Below are positions 16,230-24,398 of a stretch of 55,934 bases of DNA, one piece after another. The stretch is from IMG/VR virus record IMGVR_UViG_3300045988_068817. One strand, 5' to 3'. A program made the translations under genes and the position numbers. How positions within the stretch are numbered: the first letter of the stretch is position 1; every line of letters starts with the position of its first letter. The notes under the pieces are model-generated. The model saw only the letters and a list, made by a program, of their open reading frames with translations, searched no databases and was not told the DNA's origin. Source of the DNA: a virus.

Positions 16230-16977
16230 CCTCGACCACCTCTCTGTACTCTACGTCAATCCCTTTCGGCAAAGCCGTCTGGTACTTCTGAGCCAACTGC
16301 TCTGCGCTCTGGGCATCGCCCAACGGCTGTTCAGGCGGCGCAACGGTGACTTCCACGTTGTCACGCATACCAAAGTAGTTCTTGGCTCGGAAAATCCACT
16401 CTGCCGGGTTCTCCTGACCGTACATCCCGTTGTACGCCCACATAGACTGCATTTGCAGAATCAGCTTGAGGATGTATTTCTGCTGCAAGCTATCATCACG
16501 ACGTTTGCCCGCCATAATCTGCTTCAGACTCACCCATTCGATGCCCAGCACCAGTGCAATCCATTCCACCACAGGGGAGATTCTGGCTTCGATGCAAGCG
16601 TCAAAGAAAAAGTCAAGACGTTGCTGCACTTCAATCGGGTTGTTCATGTCCACGCTCGGAAGGTCGCCAAAATACTTGGCTGCAATCATGCCGATAACCT
16701 TTTTGTCCTCTTCATCACCGATTCTTGACTGCAAATCACCAGTGTTCATCATCTTAGATCTCGTGATTGCTAACTCCTGCTGTTCTTTCACCTTTTTATT
16801 TACCTGTGAGCGGATAGATTTCCGCTTATTAAGCATCTGTTGTTTCTTCTTTTCACGCTCTTTCTCGCGCTTCGCAGCGGCTTCTTCTTTCGCCTTTTGC
16901 GCCCGCTTCTCACGCTTTTTCTTTTCAGCTTCGGTCAGCGGCGGTCTGCCACGACCACGCTTCGGGGGTGTTGCCAA
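16222..16977 (-). CDS. Terminase small subunit-like protein with a basic, coiled N-terminal extension
   Basis: ISPVVEWIALVLGIEWVSLKQIMAGKR ... NPAEWIFRAKNYFGMRD resembles the HTH and IF-LKN-FGW-D signature of Terminase_2-type TerS. Confidence 0.5.
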   Translation of the reverse strand: MATPPKRGRGRPPLTEAEKKKREKRAQKAKEEAAAKREKEREKKKQQMLNKRKSIRSQVNKKVKEQQELAITRSKMMNTGDLQSRIGDEEDKKVIGMIAAKYFGDLPSVDMNNPIEVQQRLDFFFDACIEARISPVVEWIALVLGIEWVSLKQIMAGKRRDDSLQQKYILKLILQMQSMWAYNGMYGQENPAEWIFRAKNYFGMRDNVEVTVAPPEQPLGDAQSAEQLAQKYQTALPKGIDVEYREVVEDD

Positions 16978-16983
16978 GAGTTA

Positions 16984-17151
16984 TCACCTCTTCATCTTAT
17001 TTTCGATGCTGTCTAGCTTCCGTGCAATCCACCAAACGGAACAGCAGTTGTTCAACTGCCGCCACCAAGCGCACTTTTCTTTCTCGCATACGCACCGACC
17101 AAGCGGATTGCTGGTCATCTTCATCGGGCAATAAAGTTCGTTGTCCATCAT
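16984..17151 (-). CDS. Cys-rich small protein, 55 aa
   Basis: GGGGTGGA RBS followed by ATGATG (MMDNELYCPMK...). Confidence 0.45.
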   Translation of the reverse strand: MMDNELYCPMKMTSNPLGRCVCEKEKCAWWRQLNNCCSVWWIARKLDSIENKMKR

Positions 17152-17332
17152 TTCCACCCCATAACAACAGCCGTACAAACGACCAGACACACGTTGACGA
17201 ACAGCCAGACAAGCATTGTCTGACGTTCTTAAAACAGGTTTTCCGCTGCGTTTTTGATTGTCCGTTCGGACTGAATCACCAACGCCAGCATGGCTAGGCA
17301 GACCAGCCAACAAGTTGCAAATTCAAACATTG

Positions 17333-17656
17333 TTAGCTCCACCTTTCTCTTAGCTCTTTTTCAACCTGTTCTGACTTTGCTGTGATGTAATCCGCAAACT
17401 CGTCAGGCGTCATGTCCTCTTCTTTGAACTTGCCGACCATCTCCCAATACCTGTCGCCGATACGGATGATTTTCTGTACCTGTTCATCGGTCAGGTCTGC
17501 ATCGCACCGAAGGTTCTGAATCAGTGCGCCCCATGTGGCAGCGATGCCATCCAGAGCCATGCGGAATCCGTACAACTGGTTCTGCCGTGCGATTTTGCGG
17601 AGGTTGGTCGGCTTGACCTGTTTTCCGCACAGGGGGCAATTTCCGAATTTATTCAT
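17333..17656 (-). CDS. Hypothetical protein, 107 aa (N-terminal CPLCG)
   Basis: Internal ATG of the track ORF. Confidence 0.55.
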   Translation of the reverse strand: MNKFGNCPLCGKQVKPTNLRKIARQNQLYGFRMALDGIAATWGALIQNLRCDADLTDEQVQKIIRIGDRYWEMVGKFKEEDMTPDEFADYITAKSEQVEKELRERWS

Positions 17657-17912
17657 CTGACTGCTCCTCGTCCGTGGAAAGCTCAAACGTAATTTTCAAC
17701 TTTTTGCCGCCACGAACCCCCCATAATTTTTGAATTTTGTTCTTATCGTCACGTTCCATTTCAATAATGAAATGCCCCATGACTGCTTCGATAGCTTCGC
17801 TTGTCACATCTGACTTGTTACGCCATACCCGCAATCCATCTTTGCGGGGTGGGGCATAAGTCCCAGCGTAGACATTTCCAAACATCCCGCATCCAACATG
17901 ATATTCAGCCAT
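17649..17912 (-). CDS. Hypothetical protein, 87 aa
   Basis: AAGGAGAA RBS. Starts MAEYHVGCGMFGNVYAG... Confidence 0.55.
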   Translation of the reverse strand: MAEYHVGCGMFGNVYAGTYAPPRKDGLRVWRNKSDVTSEAIEAVMGHFIIEMERDDKNKIQKLWGVRGGKKLKITFELSTDEEQSDE

Positions 17913-18234
17913 TTTTATTCTCCTTTGCTTCAAGGCGAGAGAGCCAACGGGCTTCTTTTTCATCTTCGATTTTGATAACCTTTTCCATGTACCTGTTATA
18001 AATCAAGATTCCGTCTCTTTCAGCGGACTTGCCAAACATGGTTAGGCAGACAAAAACATCCGCCATTTCTTCTTGCATATTTTCTAAACATTCTTCAACA
18101 CTCTTCGGTGTCGGGTTCGTTCCGTCAAGCGCCCGGCGCAGCTTCAACGCAGCCTGTGCCAACTCGGACGCTTCTTCTGCCAACTGTGCCAAGATTTCCG
18201 TCTTGGGCAGAATGTCTGAAACTTTCTTACTCAC
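17905..18234 (-). CDS. MazG-like nucleotide pyrophosphohydrolase, 109 aa (GTG start)
   Basis: AAAGGAGAA RBS. LAEEASELAQAALKLRR ... EEMADVFVCL matches the EExxE...D pattern of MazG-type proteins. Confidence 0.6.
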   Translation of the reverse strand: MSKKVSDILPKTEILAQLAEEASELAQAALKLRRALDGTNPTPKSVEECLENMQEEMADVFVCLTMFGKSAERDGILIYNRYMEKVIKIEDEKEARWLSRLEAKENKNG

Positions 18235-18440
18235 TTTTGTTCTCCTTTCAGCCAGTCGTTCAGCTTTGCCATGCAAGAGGGGCAAAGAAAAAACGGGTCA
18301 TCTGAATAGATAAAAATTTTCCTATTTTTCTTTGTAATGCATCTGCAAATAGAATTGTTTTCTACTCTTTGTGTCCTCTCACTTATGGAGAACTCTGGAT
18401 ATTCAAATGTTTCACCGCATCTATCGCATACCATTATCAT
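18231..18440 (-). CDS. Zinc-ribbon protein, 69 aa
   Basis: Contains CDRCG and CPSC. Confidence 0.55.
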   Translation of the reverse strand: MIMVCDRCGETFEYPEFSISERTQRVENNSICRCITKKNRKIFIYSDDPFFLCPSCMAKLNDWLKGEQK

Positions 18441-18957
18441 TCTCTTTCTCCAATCTCTTTAACAGTCCATCCACGTCATACCGCCAATGGACACGTAGCC
18501 TTTTTGCTTTGACCTCTATCCCCTCTTGCTCTGCCCACTGCCAAGGGATGCTCTTGCGGCTCTCGTTGTAACGGAACGCCAGAACCTTGCTGGCAGGAAT
18601 CGCAAAGGTTCGGTTGACCGCCCTGTAATTGACTATCACATGGGCGGTCTGACCGCTGTACCCCATTGCTTCCACCATATCAGTGATGTGCTTTTCCTTG
18701 CGGTATTTGCACTTTGCCTTATCGTACTTGCCGAACACCTTTTCCAGAGGGATAGAGGGCGTTTCGATGGTTTTCAGTTCAAACAAGTGGTTCATCGGGT
18801 ATCGGTACACAAGGAAGTCACAGATGTTGTCGATGGAAAAGGACAGGTTCTCGTTGCCGCCGTAGTAGGTGGCAGCACTGTCTTTCAGGCGGTAGCACCA
18901 CGCATCGGATGGGATGGATGCTTTGAAGTCTGCTTCAAACTGCTTGCCGGTGTTCAT
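18421..18957 (-). CDS. RecU-like Holliday junction resolvase (PD-(D/E)xK nuclease)
   Basis: GKQFEADFKASI ... ICDFLVY ... LFELKTIE matches the D...E-x-K layout. Confidence 0.6.
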   Translation of the reverse strand: MNTGKQFEADFKASIPSDAWCYRLKDSAATYYGGNENLSFSIDNICDFLVYRYPMNHLFELKTIETPSIPLEKVFGKYDKAKCKYRKEKHITDMVEAMGYSGQTAHVIVNYRAVNRTFAIPASKVLAFRYNESRKSIPWQWAEQEGIEVKAKRLRVHWRYDVDGLLKRLEKENDNGMR

Positions 18958-19316
18958 GCGCCATACTCCGCATCGTATTCAGCTTGCAGTTTGGCAAGTT
19001 TTTCTTTGAGTTCAGGGATGATTCTTTCATATCGCTGAATCGCCAAATGGTATTCATAGCTTTTGCGAATAGTTAAATGGGTTTTGGCGTCATCAGAGTA
19101 AATGTTGGCTTCAGGAAGCGATGCCTGCTCTTTTTTCAGCCATTCCAAATGGCACTTATCTTCATTGAGTGTTCTTTCCGTTCTGTTGATGGCATCTTTT
19201 TTATCGGCTTGTTCAAAAATGGGAATAAGGTAGTCATGCACAGCTTGCGCTTGCTTATCGCCCTTTTCAGCTTTTTCTGAAAGCAAATTAAGAATCCGTT
19301 TATCCCTTGCTTGCAT
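18954..19316 (-). CDS. Coiled-coil hypothetical protein, 120 aa
   Basis: ORF track entry. Confidence 0.6.
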   Translation of the reverse strand: MQARDKRILNLLSEKAEKGDKQAQAVHDYLIPIFEQADKKDAINRTERTLNEDKCHLEWLKKEQASLPEANIYSDDAKTHLTIRKSYEYHLAIQRYERIIPELKEKLAKLQAEYDAEYGA

Positions 19317-19531
19317 TATCGTTCACCTCTAAATTCACTTCCGAGAAACCGCTTCTTGCCACGTTCCCGGTGTTTGTCCTCGTAGTCACGGTGGTACACG
19401 CTCTGGCTGTGGTTCGGTTCATACACAAATGCCTTGCGCTCCTCGAAGTCTTTCTTCTCTGCCTTGTACTTCTCGCAGGTGTCGTGACAAGCTGTGTGGC
19501 GTGATGTGCAGTTGAGACAACAGGTAATCAT
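19316..19531 (-). CDS. Cys/His-rich small protein, 71 aa
   Basis: Starts MITCCLNCTSRHTACHDTCEKY. Start and stop overlap the neighbouring genes. Confidence 0.55.
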   Translation of the reverse strand: MITCCLNCTSRHTACHDTCEKYKAEKKDFEERKAFVYEPNHSQSVYHRDYEDKHRERGKKRFLGSEFRGER

Positions 19532-20514
19532 TCTTCGCCAAATCTCCTTTTTGTTACAGCCATCGGGAACTCTTCAATTTCACTTGCCCACCGTGCGGTT
19601 CCCTCACCGTATGCTCTTTGCCAGACCAGAGGAAAACCGCCCAGACCATCGAACAGACTGCCCAGCGTAGGCTTTTCTTTCAGGTAAGGACGCATCCTCT
19701 GCACCAACCAGAACCACTGCGGCAAGGCTATAGAGTTGCCTAGAGCCTTGTACCGTGGGCTGTCAGCGTATTTGTGCTTCTTTCCTTTGCTATCCGTCCA
19801 GTCACCAATGTTGGTGTAATTGTCAGGAAATCCTTGTAACCGTTCGCATTCAACAGGGGTCAAGCGGCGGACAATCCAACGGATGGCTTTCTCTGCGATC
19901 AGACACTCGCTGCCATTGCCGATGTTCCCGGATTTCGCTCTCAGAGTTGAGCATTTGTCGCTTTCTTTGTAGCCACTGAACGACTGTTCGTTGAAGGTCT
20001 TACGTTCGATAGCGATAGCCGTGTAGTCCGTGATGCGGTTTTCGTGGTCGCCTGTTACGGTTGGCGCGATTTTGCTATCGCCGTTTCCCCTTGCATTCAT
20101 AGATGACTTTTTCGCTTGTTCGATCACATCCAGAAGGGCTTGCCTGAGAATTTCCGGGAGTGACTTCCCACGCCTTGATGCTTTCGTCAGGATTCCCTGA
20201 CAGGCTCGTGCGCTCAAATAGTATTTCTGCGGCACGTTGTCCTCCAAAATCCACGACAAGAGCGATTCTCTTTCGGCGTTGGGGGACTCCCCAGTGTTGA
20301 GCATCGAGCTGTCTCCATGCCAAAGACCATCCGTCTCCGGCGATTGCTCCGGCTTTGCTCCATCTGCCCCCCCTACCCGAAGGTCGAGGAATTGAAACGT
20401 CTGGTTGTGCGATTCGGGCAAGTTCTTCCAGCACGGTTCTGAAATCTTCGCCGCCGTTGGAACTGAATGCTCCGGGTACGTTTTCCCAAACAGCGAAAGT
20501 TGGATACATTCCAT
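19528..20514 (-). CDS. C5 cytosine methyltransferase part B: N-terminal region, target-recognition region, motifs IX and X, then motif I/II at the C-terminus
   Basis: RRLTPVECERLQGFPDNYT (IX), RYKALGNSIALP (X), TLGSLFDGLGGF (I), WASEIEEF (II-like). The first 146 codons overlap part A in another frame. Confidence 0.6.
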   Translation of the reverse strand: MECIQLSLFGKTYPEHSVPTAAKISEPCWKNLPESHNQTFQFLDLRVGGADGAKPEQSPETDGLWHGDSSMLNTGESPNAERESLLSWILEDNVPQKYYLSARACQGILTKASRRGKSLPEILRQALLDVIEQAKKSSMNARGNGDSKIAPTVTGDHENRITDYTAIAIERKTFNEQSFSGYKESDKCSTLRAKSGNIGNGSECLIAEKAIRWIVRRLTPVECERLQGFPDNYTNIGDWTDSKGKKHKYADSPRYKALGNSIALPQWFWLVQRMRPYLKEKPTLGSLFDGLGGFPLVWQRAYGEGTARWASEIEEFPMAVTKRRFGEE

Positions 20515-20698
20515 TGGTTGCTATCCTCATTTCCTTAATGATTCTTGCGGCATCCAAAAACAGCACGGAACGGTTGCCGTCAAATCCAAGCCTTTTTCCT
20601 GCCATAGACAAATCCTGACACGGGCTGCCGAATGTGATGCAGTCCACAGGCTCTATCTTGTCGCCGTGAATCTTTGTGATGTCGCCCAAGTGTTTCAT
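20075..20698 (-). CDS. C5 cytosine methyltransferase part A: motifs III-like, IV, VI, VIII only
   Basis: HLGDITKI, FGSPCQDLS (catalytic Cys), ENVPGAF, LDAQHWGVPQRRKR. Confidence 0.65.
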   Translation of the reverse strand: MKHLGDITKIHGDKIEPVDCITFGSPCQDLSMAGKRLGFDGNRSVLFLDAARIIKEMRIATNGMYPTFAVWENVPGAFSSNGGEDFRTVLEELARIAQPDVSIPRPSGRGGRWSKAGAIAGDGWSLAWRQLDAQHWGVPQRRKRIALVVDFGGQRAAEILFERTSLSGNPDESIKAWEVTPGNSQASPSGCDRTSEKVIYECKGKRR

Positions 20699-20734
20699 CT
20701 TTCCAAACGCCCGTCCAGCCAGATAGCGTAGCTC

Positions 20735-20962
20735 TTATATTTTGTGTGTCCCATTTTTCCAAAGTTCAACTCGTTCATCCATTTTGCCTTTTGAATTTCG
20801 GCATCTTCTTTCTGTCTTTGCCTTAATAATTCTTACTTTCCAAACTCTAACTTTATACCTTGCAGAAGACGTTGTTTTACCCGGCGCACTTCTGATTCTT
20901 CCGAGATTTGATGCTTGATAAAGCCCTTCATATCCCGGAATGTCTTTCCAAAGTTCTTCCAT
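20735..20962 (-). pseudogene. Truncated NUMOD4/HNH-type homing endonuclease remnant
   Basis: WKDIPGYEGLYQASNLGRIRS is a NUMOD4 signature. The ORF stops after 75 codons. It is in the same frame as MTase part A, separated by a single TAA, and the text past the stop (ELRYLAGRAF) resembles the HNH family segment VHRLVAxAF. Confidence 0.55.
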
Positions 20963-21000
20963 CAGTTCCTTTCTCGCCTTTTGTCCCGGTAGCGTAACCG

Positions 21001-21573
21001 TTAATCAAAAGGGAGCGAACCGTCCTCTTCAATCACAGAAAAGTCATCGTTCCCACCTTGCGAGTATCCAGAACCAGACCAGACAGCCAGCGTTTTCTTC
21101 GGTCTGACCTCATAGTCACCGGAACGAATCTTGTCTACGCTAGTGAATCGGTCAACGACGAGCTTCGTCTTGATATTTCCATCGTTGCCCATGTACTCTT
21201 CCTCACGGAGAACCACACCGACCAGCTTTCCGCGCAGGGTCTTTTCATCGTTATTGAACTTGTAGCCGGGATTTGACTGCTCCACAGCGGTGATAAAGCC
21301 CTTGAAGAAGGGCAGCGCCTTCTCTTTGTAGCTCTTGATTGTCTTGCCGCCCCATGCCCATTCGCCCGGATTCAGCTTGCCACGTTCGATAAGGGAAGCG
21401 GTCTGCTCACGCCAGTAGCCCTTAAACTCGCCCTCTGCTACTTCCCACTCGATGTTCAGGCGCTCCTTTGCGGGTTCGTCCGTTGCCTTGCAGATACCGG
21501 CAACATAGCCGCCAACAGGCAGGTCACGGCGCTCGGTGGCTTCCTGCACGTCATTCCAGTTGATGTTCTTCAT
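21001..21573 (-). CDS. DUF669-like putative ssDNA-binding protein (partner of Sak4)
   Basis: Position directly downstream of the Sak4-like ATPase, and an acidic C-terminal tail DDFSVIEEDGSLPFD. Confidence 0.5.
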   Translation of the reverse strand: MKNINWNDVQEATERRDLPVGGYVAGICKATDEPAKERLNIEWEVAEGEFKGYWREQTASLIERGKLNPGEWAWGGKTIKSYKEKALPFFKGFITAVEQSNPGYKFNNDEKTLRGKLVGVVLREEEYMGNDGNIKTKLVVDRFTSVDKIRSGDYEVRPKKTLAVWSGSGYSQGGNDDFSVIEEDGSLPFD

Positions 21574-21576
21574 CTG

Positions 21577-22209
21577 TTACTCTCCTTTGTTATCCGGCTG
21601 AACCGGGATGTTGTAATACTCACGGATGGTCTTGTCTACGGCGGCGAGGTCGTTTTCGATCAGCGCATCGTTGAACATCCCAAGCGGGGTTTTCACGGTG
21701 TCCATGCCATCGTTGCGAGTGCTGAACAGGTATCGCCCATCCTGCACAACGGTTTTCAGAACGATGGTGAAGTACCCTTCCACGCAAACCTTCTCGTCCA
21801 GCAGCTTGCCGATGGTCTTGAACTTCTCGCCACCGTCTCCGTCACGCTCGCTGTGACCGAAAAAGTAGACCACAACATCGTCCGGCAGTTCCTTCGCCCG
21901 CATCAGCAGAGCGTTGAAGTTAGCTGCCATGTCGGTAAACTTCTGGTATCCAGCGACCTTTGCGTTCCGCATGAACTCGCCTGTCATAAGGTATGTGGCA
22001 TCGTCAATGACGATGGACTTACGCTTGGTGCTGTGGATTGCGGCATCAATCTTGCCGTAGTCGTTTGTGATATAGGTTTTCATGTTTCTACGGAACGGCA
22101 GCGGCTTGCCAAGCACGTTGATAACCGCAACCTGTTCCGGGTCAAAGTTCCGAAGCGAAGCGGACTTGCCGCTGCCGGAGTGACCGTAGACCATCACTAA
22201 TACTGCCAT
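21577..22209 (-). CDS. Sak4-like RecA-core ATPase (AAA_24-type recombination protein)
   Basis: Walker A YGHSGSGKS and Walker B SIVIDD. Confidence 0.65.
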   Translation of the reverse strand: MAVLVMVYGHSGSGKSASLRNFDPEQVAVINVLGKPLPFRRNMKTYITNDYGKIDAAIHSTKRKSIVIDDATYLMTGEFMRNAKVAGYQKFTDMAANFNALLMRAKELPDDVVVYFFGHSERDGDGGEKFKTIGKLLDEKVCVEGYFTIVLKTVVQDGRYLFSTRNDGMDTVKTPLGMFNDALIENDLAAVDKTIREYYNIPVQPDNKGE

Positions 22210-22279
22210 TTTTTCTTTCCTTTCTCGGCTTCATTAGGCTTCATTGTTCTTACTTTGGCTTAACTTGGTTGTACAAAAA

Positions 22280-22474
22280 TCAGCCAGCCAGCAGTTCTTC
22301 CAGCCGTGCGTGCATTTCTTTCAACTCCGCTTCCCTGTCCTCGATTTCAGACTGCAAGTCCTCAATCTCAGCCAGACGGTCGGCTTCTTTGGCTTCCGCT
22401 TCCTGCTCACGGGTTAGGAAATACACGCCGTCCTCCGGTTCGGTCACGCCACCAAATCTGTCAAGGTTAATCAT
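22280..22474 (-). CDS. Acidic coiled-coil protein, 64 aa
   Basis: GAGGGAG RBS followed by an internal ATG (MINLDRFGG...). Confidence 0.5.
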   Translation of the reverse strand: MINLDRFGGVTEPEDGVYFLTREQEAEAKEADRLAEIEDLQSEIEDREAELKEMHARLEELLAG

Positions 22475-22661
22475 CTTTTGGTCTCCCTCTCTTACGTTCC
22501 TCTTTGATTTGCAACGCACTGTACCACTGGTCTTTGTCGATTTCGATGGTCGACCAGCGGTGGTTACAGGCAAGGCATTTCTTCCGGCGAACAATGCTGT
22601 CATGGTCAGACCGGCTGTCCACCGTTGTAGTGTTGTCACTACCGCACATCGGGCATTTCAC
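22467..22661 (-). CDS. NrdR-like zinc-ribbon protein, 64 aa (GTG start, or ATG at 22649)
   Basis: VKCPMCGSDNTTTVDSRSDHDSIVRRKKCLACNHRWSTIE matches the NrdR N-terminal zinc-ribbon pattern. There is no ATP-cone. Confidence 0.55.
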   Translation of the reverse strand: MKCPMCGSDNTTTVDSRSDHDSIVRRKKCLACNHRWSTIEIDKDQWYSALQIKEERKRGRPKDD

Positions 22662-22921
22662 TGGGCATCCCTCCACTCGTTTGTGTGGTGGGCTACACGC
22701 TTGATTTTGTGGCATTCCCGCTCGCTGCGTTCGTCCTCTTCTGCACTGACAGACAGCGCACACAAGACAATAGCTGTTGTGAGAAGCCCACAGGATACGA
22801 ACACCCAGCCAAGCATCTGCGCTGTGGTATGGCATCCTTGAATCGCATCGCCGCACCCGACTGCCGCGATTGCCGCGACCAGACCAAGCATGGACAGCGC
22901 CATTCCTTTCAAAGTTTTCAT
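22658..22921 (-). CDS. Putative lipoprotein or membrane protein, 87 aa
   Basis: Signal-like LVAAIAAVGC lipobox followed by a second hydrophobic helix. Confidence 0.55.
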   Translation of the reverse strand: MKTLKGMALSMLGLVAAIAAVGCGDAIQGCHTTAQMLGWVFVSCGLLTTAIVLCALSVSAEEDERSERECHKIKRVAHHTNEWRDAQ

Positions 22922-22925
22922 TTCT

Positions 22926-23153
22926 TCATCCCCTTAATGTAAGTTCAAAGTAATATGGTTTCGTTCCATCAATGGCTATGTCAGCGTCTAGCACTTTTGC
23001 GAGCCTTAAAAGTGTTTCCGTTCGCACTCCGGTCTTGCTAAATACTTTCTTTTTACCAAGAATGCCATCCAATGTAGGTCTTGAAACGCCGCTTTGTCTG
23101 CTTAGATCGCACAGCCGGATGTTTCTCGCTTGCATTGCTTCTGCCAGTGTCAT
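22926..23153 (-). CDS. HTH DNA-binding protein, 75 aa
   Basis: HTH-like segment NIRLCDLSRQSGVSRPTLDGIL. Confidence 0.6.
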   Translation of the reverse strand: MTLAEAMQARNIRLCDLSRQSGVSRPTLDGILGKKKVFSKTGVRTETLLRLAKVLDADIAIDGTKPYYFELTLRG

Positions 23154-23344
23154 GATTTTGTGACATTATGCCCGAAAATCCAGATGGTTGCCATCAGAGC
23201 GCCAACCGCGATGATTGCCCGCGTTGCATCTACGCCAACCAGAAGGTCAATTCGGCGAATCAGCCAAAAGTTCAGCAGGAACGCTGCGAGAACCATTGCT
23301 AAGACAACGCCCCAGATCAGGACGATTTCTACCAGTGCTTTCAT
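23150..23344 (-). CDS. Two-helix membrane protein, 64 aa
   Basis: Hydrophobic segments in the ORF track translation. Confidence 0.5.
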   Translation of the reverse strand: MKALVEIVLIWGVVLAMVLAAFLLNFWLIRRIDLLVGVDATRAIIAVGALMATIWIFGHNVTKS

Positions 23345-23424
23345 CTTTGTCCTTTCTATTGTGTATGTGTTCCAACCGGTCTTTCTCCCGGCTGTGCCAG
23401 CGTATTTCCAGCTTGCCGTAATAT

Positions 23425-23850
23425 TTACCGTTCATCGGGAGGGTCTACCTTTCCTTGTGCAAGCAAGTCGCTGTAATGCCCATAACTCATTCCAAGTTCT
23501 TTTGCCTTGTCGTTTACCTGTTTAAGGCTGTACTTCGGCTTTTCTTTCGTTGCATTTCCTTGCCGTCTAAATTCATCGGAAGAAATTCTGATGTAGTCCG
23601 GGTGTTCCTTCCACCAGTTTGCGGTCTTTTTTCGCTTTACGGTGTTTGCGCATCTCTTATGGTATTTTTGATTCTTATATAATTTGCGCATCGGTCTTTT
23701 GCACCATTCACATGGAACAACGCCATACGGAGCACGGCGTTCGGTCTGGTTTTCTTTTTGAACCAATATTGCACATTCTTTGCAATACCGTCTTGTAGGT
23801 CTTACAACGCCAAGATACAGCCCGCAGCGCTCACAATACTTTTCTTCCAC
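23425..23850 (-). CDS. Zinc-finger protein with a C-terminal HTH-like region, 141 aa
   Basis: Cys pairs CERCG..CKEC and CEWC..HKRC. Confidence 0.6.
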   Translation of the reverse strand: MEEKYCERCGLYLGVVRPTRRYCKECAILVQKENQTERRAPYGVVPCEWCKRPMRKLYKNQKYHKRCANTVKRKKTANWWKEHPDYIRISSDEFRRQGNATKEKPKYSLKQVNDKAKELGMSYGHYSDLLAQGKVDPPDER

Positions 23851-24022
23851 GCTGCATCTCCTCTTTCAGCCTTGCTTCTCTGTTGTGCCGTTCAAAGCAC
23901 TGGTTCAGCATTTTCTCCATCCACAGCACATTGTTGGCATCGTTTCTGGATACGCCAGCAGCCATTGCCAGTTTCAGCCGCCGCTTTCGGCTTGGCGCTT
24001 TGTAAAAGCACGTCACCAGCAT
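23831..24022 (-). CDS. Small HTH-like protein, 63 aa
   Basis: ORF track entry that overlaps both neighbours. Contains MAAGVSRNDANNVLW. Confidence 0.4.
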   Translation of the reverse strand: MLVTCFYKAPSRKRRLKLAMAAGVSRNDANNVLWMEKMLNQCFERHNREARLKEEMQRGRKVL

Positions 24023-24396
24023 TCACCAGCCTTTTTGACTATGAAATCGGGCACGTCCATGCCGGTAGCCCGGCACAGGCAGACGCACTTGGCAATCCAC
24101 AGGTTCCACTTGGATGTGCTGATAGAGCAAGTGCAATTCGTCTTTTTGCCCTTTACCAATTCAATGAACACGCCAATCGAATGAATCCCATAGCTTTCAA
24201 TCTCGTGCCAGCTGATGCTGTATCCGTCCAAGCACAGTCGGCTCATAATGCGCATTGCTGAGTTCTGCGCTTCCAAGACTTCCGCTTCCGCCCACTTTAG
24301 CTTATCCTCTTCGTAGGATTTGACTGCCTCGTCAATGGCGTGGTGCGCTTCTTCCGGGTATTCAAGGTCTACCTTTAAGGTGATGATTTGTTCCAT
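24013..24396 (-). CDS. Hypothetical protein, 127 aa
   Basis: ORF track entry. Confidence 0.6.
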   Translation of the reverse strand: MEQIITLKVDLEYPEEAHHAIDEAVKSYEEDKLKWAEAEVLEAQNSAMRIMSRLCLDGYSISWHEIESYGIHSIGVFIELVKGKKTNCTCSISTSKWNLWIAKCVCLCRATGMDVPDFIVKKAGECW

Positions 24397-24398
24397 GT

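Noticed and set aside
17152-17330. Two tiny hydrophobic ORFs: MFEFATCWLVCLAMLALVIQSERTIKNAAENLF (start 17330) and MLVWLFVNVCLVVCTAVVMGWK.
   Set aside because: They have no convincing RBS and overlap each other's region in different frames. They may be real small membrane peptides, but the sequence alone does not support them.
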